Source of the DNA: an uncultured Clostridia bacterium
Lineage (GTDB): Bacteria; Bacillota; Clostridia; TANB77; CAG-508
Reading direction: 5' to 3'
Length of the DNA stretch: 49,410 nucleotides
Assembly: GCA_944392635.1 (NCBI GenBank)
Contig: CALXXH010000001.1
Span: 1-49,410, forward strand
Notes under the pieces: model-generated
Told to the model about the DNA's origin: nothing
The model's input: only the letters and a program-made list of their open reading frames with translations
Databases searched by the model: none
In this document: positions 1 to 8,381 of the stretch, one piece after another
How positions within the stretch are numbered: the first letter of the stretch is position 1
Layout of the letters: each line of letters opens with the position of its first letter
Translations under genes and position numbers: made by a program

Positions 1-145
1 CATACACATAATTCCATCTATCTTCTGGTGCTTTAAACCTTAAACTATATTCTATGTTTTCTATGTTAGCCTCTATTTCTCCATATTCTTCATTTTCTTT
101 TAGAACATTTTTTATTTGTTCTAAGACCTTAAATATATCTCTCAT
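1..145 (-). CDS. Hypothetical protein, N-terminal part only (runs off left edge)
   Basis: ATG at 145-143 behind a GAGGAAGAAAG SD. Reads MRDIFKVLEQIKNVLKENEEYGEIE...; no recognisable family. Confidence 0.4.
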   Translation of the reverse strand, partial: MRDIFKVLEQIKNVLKENEEYGEIEANIENIEYSLRFKAPEDRWNYVY

Positions 146-162
146 CTTTCTTCCTCTACTTT

Positions 163-504
163 CTATCCCATCTTAACTATTGTTATTTCAGGAATTGTTA
201 TTCTTTCTTTCTCAAAAATCCCCATATAATTACTATCATAGGCTCTTATGCTTTTATCTATATAAACAGGAATTTGTATTTGCCTTTTTTCTCTTACTTC
301 CATAACTCCAACTGTATCTAATATTGTTTCTATCCATTTTATTAATTTTTGGTTTTGTTCCATTGTCTGGCTAGATATTTTTTCTAAATTATCTATTTGT
401 TTACTCCAATTTCTTTCGTTTTTTATATATCCTTCAATTTCATTATTTAAGCTATATACTTCTCGTTCTAATTTTTTTACTTTTTTTCTGTTGAATATAT
501 CCAT
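163..504 (-). CDS. Hypothetical phage protein (113 aa, coiled-coil N-terminus)
   Basis: ORF with an AAGGAAGGAAGGA SD upstream; same strand and tight packing with neighbours. Confidence 0.55.
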   Translation of the reverse strand: MDIFNRKKVKKLEREVYSLNNEIEGYIKNERNWSKQIDNLEKISSQTMEQNQKLIKWIETILDTVGVMEVREKRQIQIPVYIDKSIRAYDSNYMGIFEKERITIPEITIVKMG

Positions 505-557
505 TATTCCTTCCTTCCTTTCTAATACCAGAATATTTTTTGATTTTTTTCTGGTAT

Positions 558-884
558 TTAATTAATAGTAGAACTTTCTTCTAGTCTATTTTTAAAATAT
601 TTTATATAACTTTCTATTTCTTCTTCATCTTCTTTATTTTGAATATATTTTCTCTTGTTGTCTTCTTTTATGTAATATCCTTTACTGTTTTTGTAAATTG
701 CTTTTGGTCTTATTTGAATACTGTCAGTATCTTCACTTAATATTAAGACATCATCATTTTTATTAAACGTTCCCATTTCTAATAAATAACCAAGTGTAGC
801 TGTCGCATTATATTCATCTATCTTTTCTTTTAATATAATTCTGTCTTTAGACATATAATGTGATTTTAATATTATAAATTTCAT
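558..884 (-). CDS. Hypothetical phage protein (108 aa)
   Basis: ORF preceded by a GGAGGATAAATAGT SD. Confidence 0.55.
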   Translation of the reverse strand: MKFIILKSHYMSKDRIILKEKIDEYNATATLGYLLEMGTFNKNDDVLILSEDTDSIQIRPKAIYKNSKGYYIKEDNKRKYIQNKEDEEEIESYIKYFKNRLEESSTIN

Positions 885-907
885 ACTATTTATCCTCCAA
901 ATTTTTT

Positions 908-1075
908 TTAATCATCTAATTTTATAATTATATAGCGACTATTTCTTTTATATTTTTTTGTTATTGCTGTTCTTATTGTGTTTTCTGTAGTATCAAAATA
1001 TTTTGCAATTTCTTTTACTTTATCAAAAATAGCTACGCACTGTTCGTTGTTTTTTAAATCATATATCGCATACAT
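908..1075 (-). CDS. Small HTH-like protein (55 aa), below the ORF-track cutoff
   Basis: ATG 1075-1073 lies 5 nt after GGAGGATAA. Sequence MYAIYDLKNNEQCVAIFDKVKEIAKYFDTTENTIRTAITKKYKRNSRYIIIKLDD has a helix-turn-helix-like core (EIAKYFDTTENTIRTAI). Confidence 0.4.
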   Translation of the reverse strand: MYAIYDLKNNEQCVAIFDKVKEIAKYFDTTENTIRTAITKKYKRNSRYIIIKLDD

Positions 1076-1076
1076 A

Positions 1077-1346
1077 TTATTTATCCTCCAATAATTCTTT
1101 TAATGTATCTATTTTTAACAATATTTCTCCTGGTGTATATTCTTGTAGTTTTCCTTCCGTTGTTGCTTTTAACATTTTTCTTAATGTTTCTATTTTATCT
1201 TTTACTTTTTGTTTTAAAATATAGTTACTTCTTATTGCTTTTTTATTTACTACATCTATGTCATAAACAGATATTCCACCATCTATTAGCATATCTATTG
1301 TATTTATTAGATGCTCTCTATAATCTTGTTTTTGTTCTTCTTCCAT
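1077..1346 (-). CDS. Hypothetical phage protein (89 aa)
   Basis: ORF whose stop abuts the SD of the next gene. Confidence 0.55.
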   Translation of the reverse strand: MEEEQKQDYREHLINTIDMLIDGGISVYDIDVVNKKAIRSNYILKQKVKDKIETLRKMLKATTEGKLQEYTPGEILLKIDTLKELLEDK

Positions 1347-1348
1347 TT

Positions 1349-1651
1349 TTACATCTCCTCATCTATTAATTCGTGTAATGAAACACATTCATTCTCTAAG
1401 TCTTGTATAGTTTCTTTTAATTGCCATATTTTATTTTCTTTATTTACTATTTCTTCTTCTAGTTCTTTTATTATTGCTTTATCTTGTTTTCGTTCTAATA
1501 AAATGTGCTCTAGTGCATTTATACAATCAATAGTCTTTTCATCATATCCTAAGTCATTGTAGAAAATTTTATGTTGTCCTTCATATATTAATATGTTTAA
1601 GTATCTTTCTAAATTATTTAATATCTTTACATCTTCTTCTATATTACTCAT
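1349..1651 (-). CDS. Hypothetical coiled-coil protein (100 aa)
   Basis: ORF with a 4-nt overlap with the upstream gene (1648-1651). Confidence 0.55.
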   Translation of the reverse strand: MSNIEEDVKILNNLERYLNILIYEGQHKIFYNDLGYDEKTIDCINALEHILLERKQDKAIIKELEEEIVNKENKIWQLKETIQDLENECVSLHELIDEEM

Positions 1652-1893
1652 CTTCCCACCTCTAATCTATCTTCTATCGTTAAATTATTAAATATAATCT
1701 CGTAATCTAGCAACTGTAGATGCTGTTTGTCTATTATTTCTTTTGCATTATCTAATTCTATTTGCAAATTTATTATTTTATCTTCTTGCTCTAATATTGT
1801 TTTATTTCTGTATTCTATATTTGCAAATAAGAATATTGTTAGTAAAAAGAATATTATTAGTGCTATTATTAATTCTCTTATGTGTTTTTGCAT
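1648..1893 (-). CDS. Small membrane-anchored coiled-coil protein (81 aa)
   Basis: N-terminal hydrophobic helix LIIALIIFFLLTIFLFANI followed by a heptad-rich tail; AGGAGAAAACA SD. Confidence 0.55.
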   Translation of the reverse strand: MQKHIRELIIALIIFFLLTIFLFANIEYRNKTILEQEDKIINLQIELDNAKEIIDKQHLQLLDYEIIFNNLTIEDRLEVGR

Positions 1894-1924
1894 TGTTTTC
1901 TCCTTTCTGCTTCTTGAGAAGCTT

Positions 1925-2428
1925 TTATAGTTTGATTTTCTCTCTTAATTTTCTAATTATTCTGCTAACATGTGGTTGAGAACAACCTGCTATTTTTGCT
2001 ATCTTTTCTTGTTTGTATCCTTTTAAACTTAGTTCAAAAACTATTTTTTCTTGTTCTTTTAATTTGCTATTTCTTATTTGAGTTATATAATTTTCAATGT
2101 CTAGATTATTTTCTGATTTCTCTATGTAGTTGTTTTTGTCTGCTAAAACATCTTCTAATGTTATTTTTTCACCTATTTCTTGTTTTAAAGATATTGTATT
2201 ATAATGTTTCTTTGTTGTTCTCAAATAGTAGTTTATTTCGTTAGATATTACTGTATAAGCATATGTACTAAATGCATGTCTATTATTAAATGTTAGTACT
2301 GCTTTCCATAATCCCATTAATGCAATTTGTTTTATATCTTCATATTCATTTGCATAATTTATTAAATATTTATTTGCTATTTTATATGCTATATTTATGT
2401 TTTTATTAAACATTTCCTCATTTGTCAT
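1925..2428 (-). CDS. Sigma-70 family RNA polymerase sigma factor, sporulation (SigF/SigG)-like, element-encoded
   Basis: Region 2 motif IALMGLWKAVLTFNNRHAFSTYAYTVISNEINYYLR. Region 4.2 HTH KQEKIAKIAGCSQPHVSRIIRKLREKI. 167 aa, lacks region 1/3. Confidence 0.8.
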   Translation of the reverse strand: MTNEEMFNKNINIAYKIANKYLINYANEYEDIKQIALMGLWKAVLTFNNRHAFSTYAYTVISNEINYYLRTTKKHYNTISLKQEIGEKITLEDVLADKNNYIEKSENNLDIENYITQIRNSKLKEQEKIVFELSLKGYKQEKIAKIAGCSQPHVSRIIRKLREKIKL

Positions 2429-2431
2429 AAA

Positions 2432-2953
2432 CTACTCCTTGTAATTACTTTCAAATTTATATTTGTTTAAAATGTTGTTTGTTTTTGTGTAATCAAATAT
2501 ATCTTGTCTTTCTTCTATAATTTTGTCTTTATAAAATTCAATTTCTTGATTTATTTCTTTTATAAGCTCAGTATTTTCAAATTTTATTCCTTCAAATAAT
2601 TGTTTTATAAAATATGGTTCTTCTAAATATCTAAAATTAAATCCTCTATAATTAAAATTGTCTTGTGGTTTTTCAACATTAACTTCTTCTATTAGGTTTT
2701 CTTTTAAGTAATCAAATATGTTTATTTCTTCTGATAGTAAGACTTGTATTAAATCTTTACTATCAGAATTGTAAAATGTTATATATGTATTTTCTTTATT
2801 ACTTGCTATGCAAAAGTATGTAATTATATTATTTTTTCTTTCTTCCTTGATTATTTCTCTAGAATCAATTTTTAATACTTTAAATAAATTTTTAAATCTT
2901 TCTTTTTCGTTTATAATTTCTTCGTATTCTTTCTTTGTAATATATTCTTTCAT
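2432..2953 (-). CDS. Hypothetical protein (173 aa from ATG 2953; ORF track uses GTG 2965)
   Basis: The ATG overlaps the upstream stop as TAATG and sits 6 nt after GGGGA. No recognisable motifs. Confidence 0.6.
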   Translation of the reverse strand: MKEYITKKEYEEIINEKERFKNLFKVLKIDSREIIKEERKNNIITYFCIASNKENTYITFYNSDSKDLIQVLLSEEINIFDYLKENLIEEVNVEKPQDNFNYRGFNFRYLEEPYFIKQLFEGIKFENTELIKEINQEIEFYKDKIIEERQDIFDYTKTNNILNKYKFESNYKE

Positions 2954-3567
2954 TATTTTCCCCACATTTCTTCAAAGTTTGATTCGCTTTCTAGTTGATC
3001 TAAATCAATTTTATTTTCTTGTTCTTGAAGTTGTGCGTTACTTGCATTAAACTCTATATCTATATCTTTTTGTATATCATCTATATTAAATTCTTCAAAT
3101 TCACCAAATTGGCTTTCATATTCTTTTACTGCTTTACTAAATCTGTTTTTTGATTTCATTGTTTCTAAATTGTTTTGTAAATTTCTTATTTCCTTTTCAT
3201 ATCTCTCTTTTGCCTCTTTGAATCTTTGAACTATTAATTCTTGTTTTTGACTTTGTTCTTTTAAAACTGTAATTCTTTGTTTGGTTGTATTTAATTCTTC
3301 AAATATCTGTTTAGCTCCGTCTTTATCGTTTTTCGTTTTACAGATATCAAAACACTTATTTAATTTCTTTTCATTTTCTTGATTTTTCTTTAATTCATTT
3401 TTATATGATTCTAAAGCTCCTTGTGCATTATAATAACTATCATTTAATTTTTTTAAAGCTTCTTTTTGTCTGTTTAATCCTTCTTCTATTTTTTCTATAT
3501 TGTCTACCTTTACAAATTTATTAAATATCCTATCAAATACTATTTTTAATTTTGTTAATTTTTTCAT
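2953..3567 (-). CDS. All-helical coiled-coil protein, PspA/IM30-like (tentative)
   Basis: 204 aa with continuous heptad pattern and an acidic C-terminus. Start overlaps the channel stop as ATGA. PspA resemblance is judged by eye from length and pattern only. Confidence 0.6.
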   Translation of the reverse strand: MKKLTKLKIVFDRIFNKFVKVDNIEKIEEGLNRQKEALKKLNDSYYNAQGALESYKNELKKNQENEKKLNKCFDICKTKNDKDGAKQIFEELNTTKQRITVLKEQSQKQELIVQRFKEAKERYEKEIRNLQNNLETMKSKNRFSKAVKEYESQFGEFEEFNIDDIQKDIDIEFNASNAQLQEQENKIDLDQLESESNFEEMWGK

Positions 3568-4289
3568 TTTTCATCATTCTCCTTTTCTTTTTCTTTATTT
3601 AATTCTTCTACGAATCCACTTGTTATAATTCCAGTCGGAAGTGCTACAAATGCAATCCCTACTAAGCTAGAAATTATACTTATTAATCTTCCTATTTCTG
3701 TTTTAGGACAGATATCTCCATAGCCAACTGTCGTTAATACTGTCGTAGACCAGTATATTGCCTCAAAAAAGTTTTTAAAACTCTGATTTTCAAACTGAAA
3801 CATTATTAAAGCTGATATGAATATAAATCCTGCAGTAAAACCACATACAACTTCTAATATTTTTTGTTTTTTTATGACTACATTCTTTATTATTTTAAAT
3901 TTAGTAGAATATCTTAATGTTTTCGCAATTCTTAATATTCTAAATACACTAAATATTCTTAAAATGTATGAACTGTTAAATATTTCACTGAAACATGATA
4001 ATATAACTACTAAATCAAATATAGCTGAAAGTGTAAATGGATATTTTATAAAACTAATCGTTCCTTTTTTCAATCTAAAATCTGCTGTTATCCACCTCAA
4101 AATATAATCAATTACAAATACAATTGTTGTTATAATTGTTAAACTATATGTGAAATTATTTTGTTGTTTAAATGTTAATGGAATTATACTTACCCAAACG
4201 CAAACTAATATTAATATGTCATACCATTCGTAATATGTTGTATCTTTCTCGATTATTTTAAATAACTTTTTTCTTACCATGACAACCAT
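3564..4289 (-). CDS. Voltage-gated-type (6TM) potassium channel, minimal, no cytoplasmic domain
   Basis: Canonical K+ selectivity filter TTVGYGD. S4-like segment FRILRIAKTLR (RxxRxxKxxR). Six predicted TM helices in 241 aa. Confidence 0.85.
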   Translation of the reverse strand: MVVMVRKKLFKIIEKDTTYYEWYDILILVCVWVSIIPLTFKQQNNFTYSLTIITTIVFVIDYILRWITADFRLKKGTISFIKYPFTLSAIFDLVVILSCFSEIFNSSYILRIFSVFRILRIAKTLRYSTKFKIIKNVVIKKQKILEVVCGFTAGFIFISALIMFQFENQSFKNFFEAIYWSTTVLTTVGYGDICPKTEIGRLISIISSLVGIAFVALPTGIITSGFVEELNKEKEKENDEK

Positions 4290-4924
4290 ATAGCAAAACC
4301 TGCTATTCCTCCAATTATTGCTAATATAATTACTACAAATAATAACCAGTTATACCATTTCCAGCCATCATAAAACGGTTTGTTCGCTTCTTCCTCTGTC
4401 CTTGCTTCATCTAGGATTTGGTCTACTTCTTCTTTTGTATATCCTCTTTCTTCTAAAGCTTTTGCTACATCTTGTTCAGTTACTGTATCTTTATCAGAAA
4501 AAATTTGGTCCAGCATATAAAATTGGAATATACTATTAGTTAAAGAAATTCCTCTATCTGTACTATATGTCGTATAATATGTTGGATTGTTGTTAATTAT
4601 TGTAGATTTGCCATTTGAATCTGTTTTCGGTTTTACTGTTTCATGATTTATTGTTGTTCTTCCAGAATTATTTTTTGTTGTTGTATAACTTTTTCCTGAT
4701 GAGCTACTTTTTGTTGTGCTTGATTTTGGAGTGCTAGACTTTACTGAACTACTTGTGCTACTTTTAGCAGAGCTTTTAGGTGTGCTAGACTTCACACTAC
4801 TATGTGAACTTCCGCTTCTTCCTCCGCTTGAATGTGCTCTTGCATATGTTAATGAGCTTCCTGATATTACTATCATTATTAAAATTACTATACTAATTAT
4901 TTTTTGTAATTTGTTTCTTTTCAT
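4274..4924 (-). CDS. Bitopic membrane protein with Ser/Thr/Lys-rich low-complexity tract
   Basis: N-terminal signal-anchor IISIVILIMIVISGSS, ~70 aa of S/T/K repeats (SSVKSSTPKSS x2), C-terminal TM LLFVVIILAIIGGIAGFAIWL. GGAGGATAAAA SD. Confidence 0.65.
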   Translation of the reverse strand: MKRNKLQKIISIVILIMIVISGSSLTYARAHSSGGRSGSSHSSVKSSTPKSSAKSSTSSSVKSSTPKSSTTKSSSSGKSYTTTKNNSGRTTINHETVKPKTDSNGKSTIINNNPTYYTTYSTDRGISLTNSIFQFYMLDQIFSDKDTVTEQDVAKALEERGYTKEEVDQILDEARTEEEANKPFYDGWKWYNWLLFVVIILAIIGGIAGFAIWLSW

Positions 4925-4926
4925 TT

Positions 4927-5313
4927 TTATCCTCCTATTTTTCTATCTTTTAAAATTCTTGGTTCGTATTTTCTGTTTTCTTGTCTTTTTTGCAATTTGT
5001 ATAATTCTTTTATTAATATTTTTATTTCATTCGTTATAAATTTGTTGTTGTATTTATCTGTAAAATTCTTTATTAGTTTTACTCTTTCAATGTCATTTTT
5101 TATTGTTCTTCTTTCTTTTCTTACTCTCTTTAAATCTATTGCTACTTTTGTTATTTCTACTGCATTTAAATTGTTTAATTCTAATTCGTGTAATAAATCT
5201 TGTTGTTCTGCTTCTTTATTTGCTAATTCTTGTAATAAATTGCTGTGTTCTGCTTCTACTTCCTCAAAAAATGATTTCATTATCTTTAATATTTCTTCTG
5301 GTGTTAATTCCAT
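4927..5313 (-). CDS. Hypothetical coiled-coil protein (128 aa)
   Basis: ORF with SD; first gene of the coupled cassette. Confidence 0.6.
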   Translation of the reverse strand: MELTPEEILKIMKSFFEEVEAEHSNLLQELANKEAEQQDLLHELELNNLNAVEITKVAIDLKRVRKERRTIKNDIERVKLIKNFTDKYNNKFITNEIKILIKELYKLQKRQENRKYEPRILKDRKIGG

Positions 5314-5325
5314 TTTTTATCACTC

Positions 5326-5688
5326 TCAATCTATGTGTGGTATATGATTATAATTTTGTTCTTCTAGTTCTATTTGCTCTGCTTTCTTTAAATATGCTAT
5401 ATATTTACGCATTTGCTTTTTTAATTGTTTTGTTCTTGATTTGCATTCATTAAGACTATGTTCTACTTGTTTTATTTCCTCTTCTCTTTCTTTTTTCGAC
5501 ATACTTCTTAATTCTCTTGCTAATCTATAACCGCTTCTTTGACTGCTATATATTACTACTCTTTTCTTTTTCAATTCACTTATTTCTCTTCTAACTGCTC
5601 TATCTGATAATCCTGTTTTTTCTACTAACTCTTTTCTTGTTGTATATTTAGTAGCACTTAGATAATTTTCAATATTTATATCTTTCAT
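5326..5688 (-). CDS. Winged-helix DNA-binding protein (120 aa from ATG 5688; ORF track start 5775 also possible)
   Basis: HTH-like TRKELVEKTGLSDRAVRREISELKKKRVV. ATG 5688 is preceded by an AGGAG SD, whereas the 5775 start has only a weak SD. Confidence 0.6.
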   Translation of the reverse strand: MKDINIENYLSATKYTTRKELVEKTGLSDRAVRREISELKKKRVVIYSSQRSGYRLARELRSMSKKEREEEIKQVEHSLNECKSRTKQLKKQMRKYIAYLKKAEQIELEEQNYNHIPHID

Positions 5689-5708
5689 ATTCTTTTTTCT
5701 CCTTTGAT

Positions 5709-5828
5709 TTAATGTGTTCTTATATCTTGTGTATATACTGCTTGTCCTTTTATAATTTTTATTAGTATTTGACATCTTTCTATGTCATTTGCTTTTCTTA
5801 TATCTTCTTCATTTATTACTTTTTTCAT
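5709..5828 (-). CDS. Possible small ORF (39 aa), below the ORF-track cutoff
   Basis: ATG 5828 lies 8 nt after GAGAGG (last codons of dnaB). MKKVINEEDIRKANDIERCQILIKIIKGQAVYTQDIRTH. Stop sits just before the AGGAG of the next gene. Mutually exclusive with the 5775 start of the wHTH ORF. Confidence 0.35.
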   Translation of the reverse strand: MKKVINEEDIRKANDIERCQILIKIIKGQAVYTQDIRTH

Positions 5829-5833
5829 ATGAT

Positions 5834-7054
5834 TTACCTCTCTAAATTTATAAATTCACTGTTTATTTTGTTAAACTTTAGTCTACTTTTACCTATATTT
5901 CCTGCCCTTTGTTTTTGTAAGTCTACTGTTACTATATTGTTTTCTACATCTTCTTGATATAAAAAGATTACATTGTCAGCATCTTGCTCTATTGATCCAC
6001 TTTCTCTAATATCAGCTAATGTTGGTTCGTTCTTTGTTGCATTTCTATTTAACTGGCAAAGTGCAATTATTGGTATTTCTAATTCTAAGCTTAACAATTT
6101 TAATGTTCTTGATATATCTGCTACTTCTTGTTCTCTACTTTTAAAATTTTCTAAATTTTTAACTAATTGAAGGTAGTCTATGATTAGCAAATCTAGTTTT
6201 CCTTTGTTTTTTAATTTCCTTACCTCTATTTCTATTTGTTGTATAGAATTTAATTTTGTATATAGCAACAAAGGTAAATCACTAATCTCTCCACATTTAA
6301 TATAAATTTTATCTAGTTCTTCTCCTGTTAGTTCTCCATTTCTAATTTTTCTAGAGTTTACTCTTGCTTTTCTTGATAGAATTTTTTGTATTATCTGTTC
6401 TTCTGACATTTCTAAACTAACAAATGCTACACTTTTGTTATAACTTGCTATTCTTTCTGCAATCTGTAGTACAAATGTTGTTTTTCCAACTCCTGGTCTT
6501 GCTCCAATTATTGTTAATTCTCCTTTGTGAAGTCCATCTGTCAAGCTATCTAAATCAAAAAATCCTGTGTAATAAGACAAATCGTTTTTTCTTGCCATGT
6601 TTTTTTCGATTAAGTCTGTTGTTCTTGCTATTAGATTTACAAAGTTTTCATTTTTTTGTGTTTGCATTTCTATTTTTTGCAATTTAGATATTACTTTTTC
6701 TATGTATAAATCTGTATTTTCTGCTTCTTTTATTTCTTTTTCTATCTCTTTTGCAACTAGAAATGTTTCTCTTTTCTTAGTTAATTCTTTTATAGCTTTA
6801 TATGTCCCTTCTGTTGTACTGCCTATTGTGTATGCTCCTAGATTTGATAGATAGTTTATAATGTCTTTTTCTTTTTCTAGAATATTTGCTATGTTTATAA
6901 TGCTTATTTCTTTTTTCTCTATTTTTAATTTGTTTATAGCTTTTATTATGTTTTTGTTTGTAATATTTACGAAATCATTTTCTGTTAAATTAACTTCTCC
7001 GTTTTCAAAAATTATGAAGTATAACATTGCTTTTTCTAGTTCTTCGTTATACAT
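5834..7054 (-). CDS. dnaB: Replicative DNA helicase, DnaB family (element-encoded)
   Basis: Walker A GARPGVGKTTF, Walker B LLIIDYLQL, RESGSIEQDAD motif; 406 aa. Confidence 0.9.
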   Translation of the reverse strand: MYNEELEKAMLYFIIFENGEVNLTENDFVNITNKNIIKAINKLKIEKKEISIINIANILEKEKDIINYLSNLGAYTIGSTTEGTYKAIKELTKKRETFLVAKEIEKEIKEAENTDLYIEKVISKLQKIEMQTQKNENFVNLIARTTDLIEKNMARKNDLSYYTGFFDLDSLTDGLHKGELTIIGARPGVGKTTFVLQIAERIASYNKSVAFVSLEMSEEQIIQKILSRKARVNSRKIRNGELTGEELDKIYIKCGEISDLPLLLYTKLNSIQQIEIEVRKLKNKGKLDLLIIDYLQLVKNLENFKSREQEVADISRTLKLLSLELEIPIIALCQLNRNATKNEPTLADIRESGSIEQDADNVIFLYQEDVENNIVTVDLQKQRAGNIGKSRLKFNKINSEFINLER

Positions 7055-7868
7055 ATCTTTTTCCTCCGCTACTCATTTTTTGTTTATATTCTTCTTCTGT
7101 CATTTTCACTTCTTTGTATTCTGCTTCTATTCCTTGCTTTTCTTCTTCCTGTTCTGTGTAGTCTAGTATTGCTTTATTAAAGAATGTATCGCCATGTTTT
7201 ATATATTGCTCTTCTGTTCTGTTCTTTTTACATTCTTCTTTATATTTTCTTACTGCGTTTTCTATCTGTTCATTAGTTAGTTTTTTAGTAATACCAGATA
7301 TCTTTCTGCCTTTTATCCATTGCTTATAATATTCAAATGCTTTAGCCTTTCCTTTTTTATGTGGATATTCTTTCCAAATTTTTTCAAAATTGTCCTGCAA
7401 AATATTTTTTGCAGTATATATATTTATATTATTAATACTTGTAATATTCTCTTTGACATTTTTATCAAGGGGCGTTTGACATTTTTGTGAATAGGGTGTT
7501 GATGTTTTTGTCAATACCTTATTACCTTGATTTTCTTGATAAGAGGTATTGACATTTTCATCAATAGGTATTTCATCTTGAAAAAATTTACTTATAGATA
7601 TAATTCTTTTATCTATTTCTTTACTATCTTTTTTGTAAAACATTTTTATAGCTATATATTTCTTTTTCGCTAATTGACTAATCCATCTAGAAATAGTTTC
7701 TTTAGTTGTACTATATAAATCAGCAAAGTATTGATTTGATGCCCAACAAACACCTTTTTCGTTACATAAAGAAGTTATTTCTCCATATAATAACTTTGCA
7801 TTTGCTGTCAGCTGTTTATCGTATCTAATTTCTGCTGGTATTATTGCATAATAATTAGGTTTTTCCAC
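7047..7868 (-). CDS. Replication initiator / replisome organiser, N-terminal HTH plus DnaD-like C-terminus
   Basis: GTG start 7868 behind AAGGAG. N-terminus YYAIIPAEIRYDKQLTANAKLLYGEITSLCNEKGVCWASNQYFADLY...ISRWISQL is typical of phage initiators. Iteron array lies inside the gene; 8-nt overlap with dnaB. Confidence 0.75.
   Translation of the reverse strand: MEKPNYYAIIPAEIRYDKQLTANAKLLYGEITSLCNEKGVCWASNQYFADLYSTTKETISRWISQLAKKKYIAIKMFYKKDSKEIDKRIISISKFFQDEIPIDENVNTSYQENQGNKVLTKTSTPYSQKCQTPLDKNVKENITSINNINIYTAKNILQDNFEKIWKEYPHKKGKAKAFEYYKQWIKGRKISGITKKLTNEQIENAVRKYKEECKKNRTEEQYIKHGDTFFNKAILDYTEQEEEKQGIEAEYKEVKMTEEEYKQKMSSGGKRYV
7453..7564. repeat. Iteron array, putative origin of replication of the element
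   Basis: 16-bp units with inverted ends TTGAY-N6-RTCAA at 7453 (TTGACATTTTTATCAA), 7476 (TTGACATTTTTGTGAA), 7499 (TTGATGTTTTTGTCAA) and 7549 (TTGACATTTTCATCAA), plus a degenerate copy at 7527. The first three are spaced exactly 23 bp apart. Confidence 0.6.
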
Positions 7869-7892
7869 TTTTCATTCTCCTTTCCTAAAATA

Positions 7893-7920
7893 TTAGGCTA
7901 GATTTTTGTGTCTAGCCTTA
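7893..7920 (-). terminator. Stem-loop between operons (weak terminator candidate)
   Basis: AGGCTAGA (7895-7902) pairs with TCTAGCCT (7911-7918); only a short U-run follows on the minus strand. Confidence 0.35.
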
Positions 7921-7925
7921 GTTGT

Positions 7926-8381
7926 TTATATGTAAAATTTCCCAAAAACTTCTAAAAATTTTTCTTTTGAATATAATTTGTAGAATTTTTCTTTTGCTTC
8001 TTTTCGTACTGTTTCTTTTATTTCTTTATTTGTTTTCCACTCATCATGACATTTTCTGCAAATTGGAATTACTAATCCCCATTTCATACATGTTTGTCTA
8101 TTAGAACCTTCAAAAATTTCATGTAAGTCCTCTTTTCTTGCTTTGTTACAGATATAACAAATTTGCATACTATCTGTTAAAATACTAAATCTTTTAGATT
8201 CTAATTTCTTTAATTTATTACTTTTCTTTTTAAGCTCTTTTACTTGCTTAAATTCTTTGTATTTACATGTTCTACAATCTTTAAAGTTAATTTCTTTTTT
8301 CTTTTGTTTGCAATATATGTATTTTTTGTAATCCTTTGTTCTAATTCTTAAGTGTATGCATTTCATCTTTTTAAACCCCAT
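7926..8381 (-). CDS. Cys-rich zinc-finger protein with HNH-like signature
   Basis: CRTC...CYICNKARKEDLHEIFEGSNR...ICRKCHDEW follows the CxxC...H...N/R...CxxCH pattern of His-Me finger proteins. Family not identified. Confidence 0.5.
   Translation of the reverse strand: MGFKKMKCIHLRIRTKDYKKYIYCKQKKKEINFKDCRTCKYKEFKQVKELKKKSNKLKKLESKRFSILTDSMQICYICNKARKEDLHEIFEGSNRQTCMKWGLVIPICRKCHDEWKTNKEIKETVRKEAKEKFYKLYSKEKFLEVFGKFYI

Noticed and set aside
505-557. Hairpin AATACCAG / CTGGTATT between two small phage genes as a terminator
   Set aside because: The loop is 19 nt and no U-run follows on the coding strand, so it was not annotated as a terminator.
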